From the IMG/VR virus record IMGVR_UViG_3300009285_007005: DNA of 64,000 nt; one strand, 5' to 3'. Each line of letters opens with the position of its first letter. Position 1 is the first letter of the stretch. The stretch comes from an uncultured virus (IMG/VR IMGVR_UViG_3300009285_007005). Lineage: Duplodnaviria; Heunggongvirae; Uroviricota; Caudoviricetes. The notes beneath the pieces are model-generated. The model made no database searches. It saw nothing but the letters and a program-made list of their open reading frames with translations, and was not told the DNA's origin. Below, piece by piece: positions 37,902-47,876 of this stretch. The translations under genes and the position numbers were made by a program.

Positions 37902-38375
37902 ATGAGAGATTTGAAAAATGATTCTCATGTTAGTTTTTTCGAAATCATCCAATCCGAAATCCACCACCATCCGGAATTATCCGCCGCACAGATAGCGGAT
38001 CGCGTCGGCAAGGCCTTATCGACTTTTTATAACGAATTGAATCCCGACGTTAAGGAGGCGAAACTCGGCGTTGGAACCTACAGAATCTATCTGCGCGAGA
38101 CGCATTGCCTTGCCTCGCTGGATCTCATCGAATCGGAAAACGGCCGCGTGGCCATCGATCTCCGCAAGATCGGGAACGGATCGAAGGATGTCCAGGTCTG
38201 CGCCGCCGCCATGCTCAAGGGTGCCGGCGAACTCCTCGAAATGTTCACCTCCTTGAACGGGAAAGGAAACGCTCAGGAAAGGCGGCGGGAACGGGATCAA
38301 TTCAACAAGAAGGCCGATCAAGCCATCGCGGCTGTCGAACTTTTCCGGCGGGCCGTAGTGAAGGGGAAATCATGA
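37902..38375 (+). CDS. Phage CII-like regulatory protein
   Basis: 'AQIADRVGKALSTFYNELNPD...AKLG'. Confidence 0.65.
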   Translation: MRDLKNDSHVSFFEIIQSEIHHHPELSAAQIADRVGKALSTFYNELNPDVKEAKLGVGTYRIYLRETHCLASLDLIESENGRVAIDLRKIGNGSKDVQVCAAAMLKGAGELLEMFTSLNGKGNAQERRRERDQFNKKADQAIAAVELFRRAVVKGKS

Positions 38376-38923
38376 AAACTTACCGTATCCGAATCAACGG
38401 GCAGCTTTTCGAGGTCGAAACGGATCAAAAGTATATCACCAATGAGCAATTAAAAGAAATCGGCTGTATCCCCCCAGATCACATTTTTAAAAGATCAAAC
38501 GTGGGCGAATTCGACAGCGGGGAATTATGGTTTGATCCCTCCGATGACGTGAGCGGCGGGCAATCAGCCGGAAAAAAGATTTACGAATTTGTTTACGAGC
38601 CTCCTTTCAAATGGCGAAAAATCAACGAGGACGGCAAGGATTTTCCAGGGGAAGACCTCACGCCGGAAGAGCAGCAGCGCGTCATCGAATACGCGACGGA
38701 GGAAGTCCGTTCCCAGCTTCCGGTCTGGATCTCCCGCATGGCGCGCGACGGGCAATGCCCGCGGTGCGGGAGCGAAGGCAAGGTGATTTCCGGCACGGTC
38801 AGTCCCGGTCTTCACGGCGATATCATCGACAATATGGGGGAATATGACTGCCCGATCTGCTCGGAATTTCGGCGGCGCGGGCGAAAGATAACGGAGGTCG
38901 AGGAATGCCTGACCCGACGATGA
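38372..38923 (+). CDS. Hypothetical protein with C-terminal Zn ribbon
   Basis: 'CPRCG...CPIC'. Confidence 0.45.
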   Translation: MKTYRIRINGQLFEVETDQKYITNEQLKEIGCIPPDHIFKRSNVGEFDSGELWFDPSDDVSGGQSAGKKIYEFVYEPPFKWRKINEDGKDFPGEDLTPEEQQRVIEYATEEVRSQLPVWISRMARDGQCPRCGSEGKVISGTVSPGLHGDIIDNMGEYDCPICSEFRRRGRKITEVEECLTRR

Positions 38924-39077
38924 CTTTTCACGGATCGACGTTTCTGGTCATGGCCGGATGCGCAATCGGGGCGTTCCTTTTCGCAAAGCCGGTTTGCCGC
39001 GCGATCCTATGGACGATCCGGATTCGGGAGAGTTTGGAAAGGCTTCTTGCGAGAGGTATTCGCGGCGGGGCGGTCGA

Positions 39078-39350
39078 ATGAAGAAACTTCTCGATTTTTT
39101 CCGCGATTTATTTACGGTCACGATGGCGATTCCTCGCCGTATTGAACATCTATTTTCCCACAGAAGCGAAAATTCTGCGGTGGAAAATGACTTCCGGAAT
39201 TACGTCAACGCCGCAAGCGCAATGAGCCGGATTCAGAAGGACATGGCGGTGCGTTGCGCGGGGTGCGCGTACGACGGCCTTTGCCGGCCCGATCGAGAAT
39301 CCTGCCCCTGGGCGGAACTCAGGCACTACATCGAGTCAACTCTTTTTTGA
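39078..39350 (+). CDS. Hypothetical protein
   Basis: 'CAGCAY...C...CP'. Confidence 0.4.
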   Translation: MKKLLDFFRDLFTVTMAIPRRIEHLFSHRSENSAVENDFRNYVNAASAMSRIQKDMAVRCAGCAYDGLCRPDRESCPWAELRHYIESTLF

Positions 39351-39810
39351 AAATCGAAACGGCGAGTCATCCCATCCGGTCGGCCTCCGCGCCTCCTTTC
39401 ACCGGATGCGGGAAAAGGCTGGCAGGCCCCATGACAAGGCGGTGCGAGTCCGCCTCTCGCCTGATCTTTGAAAAGCGAAATGGCGACTGCGGCGTGGATG
39501 GACACGCGGCTAGTTAGTAGGCGGAAGAGGTAACTGACCACATGAGATTGCGACCCGGAAAACGCGAACGAGAGGCTGAAAAACGGCGAAGGCGGGGTAG
39601 CCATAGCTACTACTGCCCAACCGCTGCGGGGTGGATAACGCTGAAGCTCGGACGCAAAAAGATGGGCAAGAGTATTCGCAGTTTTTTGTCTGACAGTGGC
39701 CGACGCCGAACCCCCGCCAAAAAGGAGGCGTTATGAGAGTCCATCGCTTCCTAGCCGGTATCAAGCCCAGCCAGTCGCCACCGGCGCGGCGCACGCCTAG
39801 AAATGCGCCA

Positions 39811-39885
39811 GGCGGTCAAGGTGAAGTTGAGTTCCCGTTTATGGGGAAATACATTCGACAGCCGGTTCGAGTCCGGTAGCCGCCT
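39811..39885 (+). ncRNA. tRNA-like element lacking a D arm and canonical anticodon arm
   Basis: GGCGGT/GCCGCC acceptor-like stem; GCCGG-TTCGAGT-CCGGT T arm. Confidence 0.45.
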
Positions 39886-40009
39886 ATCCAAGCCGGATTT
39901 ACCGGCGAAGGGGAGTTAGAGGATAACTGCTACCTTTACCCCAACGGAGAAAAGTCAGTCCGCTTCCCGGCTCACGGAGCAGAACCGGGGAAACCAAAAG
40001 GAGGACCGA

Positions 40010-40261
40010 ATGGAATTGAAATGGAAAGGCGACGAATTCACACAGAACGCTAATATCGGCGGCGGCTTGGCCTTCGATGTATGGAGCGAAGAGGACGATG
40101 AGTGGTGCGCGGCGTTGGTGCGACCGAAAATTGATGGTGACTGCCTACACCTTTGCAAACCGCTGAAAACAATGGCGGCGGCGAAGAAACGTTGCCAAAA
40201 AGTATATGACGGACTGGTGGATCACGCCTGCTACCGCGCTCCTGTCCGCAACCGGGAGTAA
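40010..40261 (+). CDS. Small phage protein
   Basis: AGGAGG RBS; 'MELKW...MAAAKKRCQ'. Confidence 0.55.
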   Translation: MELKWKGDEFTQNANIGGGLAFDVWSEEDDEWCAALVRPKIDGDCLHLCKPLKTMAAAKKRCQKVYDGLVDHACYRAPVRNRE

Positions 40262-40371
40262 GCGAATTGAAAAGTCATCCGGCTCCGAGGCCGTGGTGGC
40301 GGCGGAAGCCGAACTCGAATTCAGGAACGAGCACAACAAACACATTTGGGACTGAAAAGAGGGGATAACAA

Positions 40372-41631
40372 ATGAGCACGGCTGTTGCAAAAATCGAACA
40401 ATTGAACCGGATGAGTCCGGACGAACTGAAAAAACAACCCGCGGAAGCCTTGGCGGTTTACGCCGACAGCCTGCGCTCGAACAAGATCGCGGCCCTGGGG
40501 GACGGGCAGGTCTTCGTCAGGCGGGATGAGAAGGGCGTGGCGCGCGGTTTTGTCGGGCAAGTCAGCCTTTCCGTCAAGAACAACGAAATCTACAACGTCC
40601 AGGGCAAGACGAAGATTTCCGCGGACGGCTATACGAAGCTCAATCAGATTGCCGGTGTTTCCATCGTGACGCCTCCGACTCTGAGTCTCCCGGATGGTCA
40701 GCGGGTCGTCAACCCCTACATCCTGCGCGAAACGGACCCCATGACGAAACGCTCAAGGACCGTAGGCGTCTGGGTTCGGAAAACAGCGGTGGGATACGCG
40801 CCGACCGGAAGCCTCATGGTGATTGACGGGTCGCTCTATCTCGACCTGGAGATTTACTTCCTCCAGGACGTGATGAAGAAGATTTCCAAAGCCAAGGAGG
40901 CCGGTCGCCTTTGCCTCTTCGGACAGATCACGGATGAGGAGAAGAAAACCTGTCTCATCCTTCCCTACCAATTTGGAATTTACGTCGTCGCCAAACTTTC
41001 TCATCAGGAAATTCTCTCCGCGCTCGACACTCATATCCAGCGGCAGAAGTTCGCGGAGCGTGTCGCGGTCACGATCTGCGAGCGAAACGTGCTTCGGAAA
41101 CATCCAGCCATCGCCGCCTCTCAGGTCGATGCTCTCGCCAAAGGGGAAAGCTGGGACAAGATGCCCGACAAGGTGCAGGTGAAAGTCTTCGGATGGGCGC
41201 ACGACATGACTCCGAAAGATATCGAGAAAGCCGCCCATGCCGCCGATTCCGATGAGCCGACTCCAGGCGTCCAGGTTCAGCGGTCAACCGTGAAAACGAC
41301 CGAAACCGAAGAGGGCCAAACAATCGACATGGAGGATATGGAGGGAGCCTACGAAGATGCGGCAACGGAAGAGGCGGGTGGAAAAGAACCCAGTAAGCCT
41401 GCCGACGAAGGGGGCGAGGATGAACCGCCCAAGCCCTTCGAATTCGATCCCACGCAGACCCCGAAGATGCAGAAGGAAGCCCTGATCGAAGTTTACGGCC
41501 TCAATCCCTTCATCGCGGCCTGGGATGAAACGGTCGGAACGGAATGGACGAAAGCCTCTCCCGAGCAAAAGCGCGAAGCCCTCATCAAGATCGCCGATCA
41601 ACTCAAAAAGATGCAGGAGGCGACCGAATGA
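40372..41631 (+). CDS. Single-strand annealing protein-like (RecT/Bet-like), tentative
   Basis: 'ISADGYTKLNQIA', 'ERVAVTICERNVLRK', acidic C-terminal linker; upstream of the SMC ATPase and helicase. Confidence 0.5.
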   Translation: MSTAVAKIEQLNRMSPDELKKQPAEALAVYADSLRSNKIAALGDGQVFVRRDEKGVARGFVGQVSLSVKNNEIYNVQGKTKISADGYTKLNQIAGVSIVTPPTLSLPDGQRVVNPYILRETDPMTKRSRTVGVWVRKTAVGYAPTGSLMVIDGSLYLDLEIYFLQDVMKKISKAKEAGRLCLFGQITDEEKKTCLILPYQFGIYVVAKLSHQEILSALDTHIQRQKFAERVAVTICERNVLRKHPAIAASQVDALAKGESWDKMPDKVQVKVFGWAHDMTPKDIEKAAHAADSDEPTPGVQVQRSTVKTTETEEGQTIDMEDMEGAYEDAATEEAGGKEPSKPADEGGEDEPPKPFEFDPTQTPKMQKEALIEVYGLNPFIAAWDETVGTEWTKASPEQKREALIKIADQLKKMQEATE

Positions 41632-43880
41632 GGCTGACACGACTCACCATCAGCGGACTCAAGGGGCAGCAGGCAACCCATGAATTCACCGGGGCGGAAC
41701 TTCTGCTCGGCCCCAACGGTGTCGGGAAATCCGCACGCCTGAACGCCGTCGAAATTCTGATTCTCGGCTACGCTCACCGTCCCGATGGACAGCGATACGA
41801 GACGATGGAACTCGCATCGGGCGACGACCTTGAAGTCAGCGGGGAATTCGACGTGGGAGAAGTCATCAACTTCCGCGCTTCCCGCCGCTTCCATCGAAAG
41901 AAAAGCGGCTCCATCACTCAGATCGTCACGATCAACGGCGAAGAAATCTCTACCACGGATGGCGAGAGGATCATCGCGGAACGGCTCGGCAAGGTTCCAG
42001 TGATGTTCAACCCGATGGAATTCCTTTCCAAAACCCCTGACAAGCGGCGGGAATTCCTGCGACCCTATCTGCCCGCAATCGGTGGGGATGTTCTGGAAGA
42101 GATCGTTTACGGAACCTACCGGGAAGTCCTGACAGGCGAAGCGACGGATGCGGTTCTGTCGGTCATCGCCGAGGGAAAGCCCTTTCATGAACTTCCTAAA
42201 GAGCAGGGGTTGGTAGTCCTCGATCAATTGGCGTCGATGGTCCAGAAAAAGGATCAGCGGGCAATGGATGGAATCTCTGTGGTCGCCTGCGTCATGCACA
42301 ACTGCCAGAACGGCGCGCCCGAAGCCACTCTCGAAAAAGCCCACCTTCGGATCAAGGACGAGATCAAGGTCGCCAAACGGAAAGTCGGAGACGCCGAAAA
42401 GACGGTCAAAACCCTCTCGGCCCAGAAGGCGACGGCCGCGGCTACGGCATCGGGCCGTCCCGAACTCGAAACCGAGATCGCCAAGCTGAAAATCGACATC
42501 CTGAACGCCGAACGCGCCAAGTCCGCCGGTGCCGAGAAGGAAAAGGCTCACACCGAGCGCCAGGAACGCCTCAGCAAGCTCGAAACGAAGCGGGCGGGGC
42601 TTTCAAGCCCGGTGGATCTTTCTGGGCTTGAGGCTGATCTGAAGGCCAAGAACGAGGCATTGGGGAAGGCTAGGACCGCCCTGACAACCGCCCTTGACGA
42701 ATGGAAAGCCGATCAACAGTCGGATTTCCCAGAACAGAAAATCGGGGGATTTTACCTCAAATCCAATGCGGATGTTCTGGGCGCTCTTGCTCAGAAAATT
42801 TCCGGTATTGAGGTTTGCATCGGCTCAAAAGAACATTACATCGTCACCCCCCCCCTCGATCTCACCTGCCCCGGATGCGGTCTTGCGCTAAAGCCCGATA
42901 CGCAAAAGGTTCAGCAGGAAATCAGCGCACTCAATATCGATCTGAAAACCTCAAAGGCGGAATACAAGAAACTGGACGACGAAGGCAACAAATATGTCGC
43001 TGGGTTGTGCTCCAAGGCTGAGGGCATCAAGGGCCTACGGGAAAACCTGAAAACCGCCAAAGAAGAAGCCAACACCGCCGCCGATGAATTTTCGAAAGCA
43101 GTCACTTCGGAATCCGAACGGGAGGGCAAACTCGCCGAGGTCGAAGAGGAAATCTTCGCCATTCAAAAGCAGGATCAGGCCGACTCCGGGAGCAACCTGG
43201 AAGACCTGGAAGCCCAAATTCGGGGCCTGAACTCCAGCCTGCAAACAAAGGAAGCCGATCTCAAGAAAAAGGATTTGGCGCAGGGCATTCTCAACCAGAT
43301 CGAGAAATCCGTCCTGGACGCAAAGCTCGCCGAGAAGTCCCTGGAAATCTGGAAAATGGCCGAGCAGGGCTTGAAGTCCGTCCGCAACCGTCTCGTTGAC
43401 GGTCTGGTCAAAACGATCACGGAAACGGCGAACAACCTCCTGCGGCTCATCGACCCCGCGCTTTCTCTGGCCGTCATCCTGGAAGACGAGGAAGGCAACC
43501 AGGTCTTCGATCTCAGGTTCACGAAGGACGGCGCGACACGGAACCTCTCGGTGCTTTCCGGCGGAGAAACGATCCTGGCCGTCTCGGTGGCGCTGGCTAC
43601 GGCCCTCATCGCCATCGTGAAACCGCCGCTGCGCATCCTGGGGATCGAGGCCGCGGAAACGGATGGATTGAATCTGGAATCCTTACTTAAAGGAGCGAAG
43701 ACGATGCTGGATAACGGGCATCTCGACAACGTGCTCGTGGCCTCATGCGCCAAGGTTTATGACGCACAATATCTCAAGGAATTGGAAGGGCTCCCGGCGG
43801 AGATCAAGGACATCCTGATAAGGGAATGTGCGGTCGTCCCTGGCGGCTGGAACGTCATCCGGCTTGGGGGTGCGGGATGA
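41628..43880 (+). CDS. Rad50/SbcC-like SMC-family ATPase with zinc hook
   Basis: Walker A 'GPNGVGKS', coiled coils, 'CPGCG' hook, signature 'LSGGE'. Confidence 0.85.
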   Translation: MRLTRLTISGLKGQQATHEFTGAELLLGPNGVGKSARLNAVEILILGYAHRPDGQRYETMELASGDDLEVSGEFDVGEVINFRASRRFHRKKSGSITQIVTINGEEISTTDGERIIAERLGKVPVMFNPMEFLSKTPDKRREFLRPYLPAIGGDVLEEIVYGTYREVLTGEATDAVLSVIAEGKPFHELPKEQGLVVLDQLASMVQKKDQRAMDGISVVACVMHNCQNGAPEATLEKAHLRIKDEIKVAKRKVGDAEKTVKTLSAQKATAAATASGRPELETEIAKLKIDILNAERAKSAGAEKEKAHTERQERLSKLETKRAGLSSPVDLSGLEADLKAKNEALGKARTALTTALDEWKADQQSDFPEQKIGGFYLKSNADVLGALAQKISGIEVCIGSKEHYIVTPPLDLTCPGCGLALKPDTQKVQQEISALNIDLKTSKAEYKKLDDEGNKYVAGLCSKAEGIKGLRENLKTAKEEANTAADEFSKAVTSESEREGKLAEVEEEIFAIQKQDQADSGSNLEDLEAQIRGLNSSLQTKEADLKKKDLAQGILNQIEKSVLDAKLAEKSLEIWKMAEQGLKSVRNRLVDGLVKTITETANNLLRLIDPALSLAVILEDEEGNQVFDLRFTKDGATRNLSVLSGGETILAVSVALATALIAIVKPPLRILGIEAAETDGLNLESLLKGAKTMLDNGHLDNVLVASCAKVYDAQYLKELEGLPAEIKDILIRECAVVPGGWNVIRLGGAG

Positions 43881-44161
43881 GCGACCTACCCCATGTCATC
43901 ATCGAGATCGTCCGCGAACTCGAACAGGATCGAAAATCAGTCTGTGGCGATTTGGCTGATATGACTTCGGAAAAGAATCGATACCAGCGGATGCATTACA
44001 ACGCGATCAAAGAAATCGATGAGGGAAAGGCCGCACAGGATAAACTGAGAAAAGAAAACGAAGCCCTCAATACCCACCAGATCAACCAAGCCGGTGAAAT
44101 CTACAAACTGAGAAAAGAAAACGAAGCCCTTAAAAAGCAGGCCGAGAGGAAGCGGAAATGA
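43877..44161 (+). CDS. Coiled-coil protein with internal duplication
   Basis: 'KLRKENEAL' twice, with an exact nucleotide repeat. Confidence 0.5.
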   Translation: MSDLPHVIIEIVRELEQDRKSVCGDLADMTSEKNRYQRMHYNAIKEIDEGKAAQDKLRKENEALNTHQINQAGEIYKLRKENEALKKQAERKRK

Positions 44162-45999
44162 CCGAATACGAATCCGCCCTCGCATCCCTGAACGCCGAAC
44201 AACTCGCTGCGGTGAAGTCGGAAGCTGCACGTCTGCTCATTCTTGCAGGACCGGGTACGGGAAAAACGCAGACCCTCACCATGCGGATCGCTCACCACTT
44301 GAATGAATGCCGGATCAGCGGCTACAGCATCCTCGCCCTGACCTTCACCCGGAAAGCCGCCGCGGAAATGCGGACCCGCCTGGAAAAATTCTGCCCCGCC
44401 TCCGAGGTCAAGAAGATCAGGATCGGCACCTTCCACGCGGTCTGCCTGCGGATCATCCATGAATGGGCGGAAACCCTCGGCTATAAGAGCAAGATGCTCT
44501 CCGTTTACGACGAGGCGGACCAGGAAGCCCTCGTGAAGAGGATCGCGGCGCGGTTCGCGCACGGCGACAAGGTGAAGGCTCTGGCGAAGGACGCCCTGCT
44601 CATGATCCGGGAACGGGCTGAGCCTATAGACGCGCCGGACCAGGAGAGCGAAGTCAAAACCGTCGTGGACGAATACTACCTCGCCCTGCGCCGGCAGAAC
44701 GCTATGGATTACGACATGCTCGTTGGGGCGGTCATTGGCCTCTTCAAGGCATGTCCGGCTGCCCTTGCCCACTACAGGAACAATTGGGGGTACGTCTTCG
44801 TCGATGAGTACCAGGACACGGACGCGGTTCAACAGGAATTCATCGATCTGCTCTTGGGCGGTGATAACGCATCGAACCTTACGGTTGTCGGCGACCCGGA
44901 TCAGTCTGTGTTTGGCTTCCGTCATGCGGACCCTTCCATCATACTCGGCTTCGGAGAACGGTATCCCGGCTCTGAAATCGTTATCCTCGTCAAAAACTAT
45001 CGGAGCACACCACAGATCATCGAAGCGTCGAACAACCTCATCCGGCATAACCAGAATCGGTTTCCGAAGGAGTTGGAAGCGACAAGAGGAGATAATGGAG
45101 AGGTCATCGGGTTTGGATGGGGAATGGACGAACAGTCCGCCGTTGGAATCGTCGATGCGGATATCAAATATACTCTTTTCGCTGGCGGCAAGCCCGGAGA
45201 CATCACCATCCTTGCCCGCACGAACCGCCAACTGGAACCGTACGCCGATGTCCTGAGAGAATCCGGAATCCCCTATCAACTTGTCACGCCCTACGACTGT
45301 TGGAAAAGCATCGCGGTTAAACGCGCCATCGACGCCATGCGGCTTTCCGTCAACCCCTTCGACGATCACGCCTGTCTGAATCTGCTGCTCTGGCCCACGC
45401 CCGTTTTTGCCGATGACATCGACCTGCAACAATTCATTTCCGATCAAGTGGCGAAGGGCGAGTCGTTGTGGCAGGGAATCTCCGAATCAGAAAACCCGTT
45501 GTTCCTGCAACTCAAAGCAATCGTGGATTCACTATCCAAAGAGAATTTCGTCAAGAATTCTGCCGGCGCCGCCCGCTGGATACAAATGATGTGGGGATCA
45601 TGCTTCCCGGATGAAAATGATTACCGTCACCTCGCCGAATGGATTGAACAAATCGAGGAAGGAATCCCCATCCGCGCCTTCCTCGCCCGCATCGCCACCC
45701 GCAAGATCGAAGACGATATCAAGACCGAATCCGACACCGTGAAACTCATGACGGCGCATTCCGCGAAGGGGCTGGAATTCGGAACGGTCTTCGTCGTCGG
45801 CTGCATCGAAGGCAAGTTCCCCATGACGCGAGAGGATTCCGATCCTGAAGAGGAGAGGCGGCTATTCTACGTCGCCTGCACGCGCGCCAAGGACCGGCTG
45901 CACTTGTCCTATCCTAGAACTCAAGCCTTCCGCAAGATCGTGAAACCTACGGAGCCCTCGCGGTTCCTGGCGGAAATGAGAATCGGCGGTGATGAATGA
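44158..45999 (+). CDS. uvrD: UvrD/PcrA superfamily 1 helicase
   Basis: 'AGPGTGKT', 'LTFTRKAA', 'VDEYQD', 'VGDPDQS', 'NYRS', 'TAHSAKGLEF', 'EERRLFYVACTRA'. Confidence 0.95.
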   Translation: MTEYESALASLNAEQLAAVKSEAARLLILAGPGTGKTQTLTMRIAHHLNECRISGYSILALTFTRKAAAEMRTRLEKFCPASEVKKIRIGTFHAVCLRIIHEWAETLGYKSKMLSVYDEADQEALVKRIAARFAHGDKVKALAKDALLMIRERAEPIDAPDQESEVKTVVDEYYLALRRQNAMDYDMLVGAVIGLFKACPAALAHYRNNWGYVFVDEYQDTDAVQQEFIDLLLGGDNASNLTVVGDPDQSVFGFRHADPSIILGFGERYPGSEIVILVKNYRSTPQIIEASNNLIRHNQNRFPKELEATRGDNGEVIGFGWGMDEQSAVGIVDADIKYTLFAGGKPGDITILARTNRQLEPYADVLRESGIPYQLVTPYDCWKSIAVKRAIDAMRLSVNPFDDHACLNLLLWPTPVFADDIDLQQFISDQVAKGESLWQGISESENPLFLQLKAIVDSLSKENFVKNSAGAARWIQMMWGSCFPDENDYRHLAEWIEQIEEGIPIRAFLARIATRKIEDDIKTESDTVKLMTAHSAKGLEFGTVFVVGCIEGKFPMTREDSDPEEERRLFYVACTRAKDRLHLSYPRTQAFRKIVKPTEPSRFLAEMRIGGDE

Positions 46000-46361
46000 G
46001 TGAACGCGGCGTCATGGATATTATGACCGATTTTACTTACCGCCATTATTTCATCCGCGGCGAGTTCGGGGCGGTGTCCTTCAGTTTCCGAGCGGGGGTT
46101 ACAAAAGATCGGCAATTACTTGAACTCCTCGGTCATCGGGCCTTTCCGCACCAGGACGCCAATGAGCACCAATTCGAACGCCAAAACTGCATAATTTTCT
46201 ACAATAGGCATTGCTTTCCGATTCTATATCCCCATTTCTGGGATGAAGAACTTTTCAAAGCATTGAACGAAGAGGGTGCGGATGCCCTCTATGCGAAACT
46301 TCAGGAAATCTATGACCGGGATATCGGAGACGACTTCCGGGAGGTTGGTCTAGGGATATGA
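45996..46361 (+). CDS. Hypothetical protein
   Basis: ATGA-coupled ORF. Confidence 0.4.
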   Translation: MSERGVMDIMTDFTYRHYFIRGEFGAVSFSFRAGVTKDRQLLELLGHRAFPHQDANEHQFERQNCIIFYNRHCFPILYPHFWDEELFKALNEEGADALYAKLQEIYDRDIGDDFREVGLGI

Positions 46362-46627
46362 CAATCCAAAATCCAAAATCAAAAATCAAAAATCTGATTT
46401 GCCCACCCGCCGCCTCACTCCTGGCGGCTTGCCTGAATGAGCGAACTGACACGATCCAGCCGGGGGGGCACCCACTCCCCGGCCCCTACCCATCAGGAGG
46501 ACCAAATGTTCCTGATTGAACGGCGATTGACGCTCTGCGATGCGACGCGGCTGAGACGCTCTTGGTTCCTCATCGGCTTCGCGTCCGGCGGCTTGGCGGT
46601 CTGGCTGATCCTCGGATGGGCGGCGTC

Positions 46628-47029
46628 ATGAGCGAACCCTTTAGCACAACCGTTGCCCGCCTGTCCAAACAGGCCCTTGAGCATCCGGAAACAGCCGTAA
46701 AAGTTTTGACCACGCTTTCCAAGGCGGCGGATCAAATTGAGACAGCACGATACTCACGGGAGATGAAGGGCGGGCGGCTGCTCGCCCCGGATTATCTTGC
46801 CTATATCAGGAAAAAGGCTTGCGTGATCTGCGGGAAATCGCCTTGCGAACCGCATCACTTCGGCCGGAGCGGAGTCGGGAAGAAGTCGCATGATTACGAG
46901 ACGGTTCCGCTCTGCACGGCCCACCATCGAATATTTCACACTGTCGGATGCAATGAAAATCAGCGGCTTGAGTTTGCCAAAGCCGCCCTGGGCTACCTGA
47001 TCGAATACTTCACGCAGGAGAGAACATGA
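46628..47029 (+). CDS. DUF968-like HNH-related nuclease
   Basis: 'YLAYIRKKACVICG...EPHH...VPLCTAHHRIFH'. Confidence 0.75.
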   Translation: MSEPFSTTVARLSKQALEHPETAVKVLTTLSKAADQIETARYSREMKGGRLLAPDYLAYIRKKACVICGKSPCEPHHFGRSGVGKKSHDYETVPLCTAHHRIFHTVGCNENQRLEFAKAALGYLIEYFTQERT

Positions 47030-47391
47030 AAATTGCCTATGTCATCGGGCCGTATCGGGATGCTACGCATGATGGTGTCTATTGGAAAATTCAGAGGGCT
47101 CGCCTCGTCGCTACACGGCTTTGGTCGCTCGGCTTCGCGGTGATTTGCCCTCATACCAATAGCTCCTTCATGAGTGGTACCGCAGATGAAGAATTTTTCA
47201 TGCGCGGTTACATCGAAATGATCTCGCGCGTTGACTTGTGCGTTGTTGTGCATGGTTACGAGGACTCCGAGGGATCGAAAGCGGAGATTGAGGAAGCTGG
47301 CAGACATGGAATCCCGGTCTGTTATTTGTGCGACGGGAAAACGGGTTTCCACGTCATTGAGATCGGAACCGGGAAAGAGGTTGAAGCATGA
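47026..47391 (+). CDS. Nucleoside deoxyribosyltransferase-like (DUF4406/DUF1937-type) protein
   Basis: 'AYVIGPY', 'ICPH', 'YEDSEGSKAEIEEA...IPV'. Confidence 0.7.
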   Translation: MKIAYVIGPYRDATHDGVYWKIQRARLVATRLWSLGFAVICPHTNSSFMSGTADEEFFMRGYIEMISRVDLCVVVHGYEDSEGSKAEIEEAGRHGIPVCYLCDGKTGFHVIEIGTGKEVEA

Positions 47392-47876
47392 CCCGCATCG
47401 TCATCCTCATCCTCTCCCTGGCCCTTCTGGTCGCCGCGGCCTCTTCGCCGGGATGCCTGGAAAAGCCGGTGAGCGGAAAACTGAAGTGCGAAAGACCAGT
47501 TGAGCGATCCGACCTCTGGGCGCCGGGCGGGGAAGGCGAGAGGGCGGCGATCCGGTGGGCGAATAAGAAACTTGGAAAGGAGACGAAAAAATGAAAATCG
47601 GAAAAGCTTATGTCAGGGGGACAAAGGTCTATCGGCGGAGTAAAGGCGGGCTCTTCATAGATTTGCACGGCGATCCCGGAATGGCGGGGATAACGCTGAC
47701 GGCCGCTGAAGAGATCGATTATGAAATACTGGCGTTGATTTCAAGCCTTACGGGCCAACCGCTGGAAACGAAATGCGATGATAAGGACGTGCTCCAAAGT
47801 GTCGGCATAACTCTGATTTCTCGGAATCAGGTCGGTGAGGCGGCGCGAATACTCCCTCGGATTCAAGGGTAAATCC

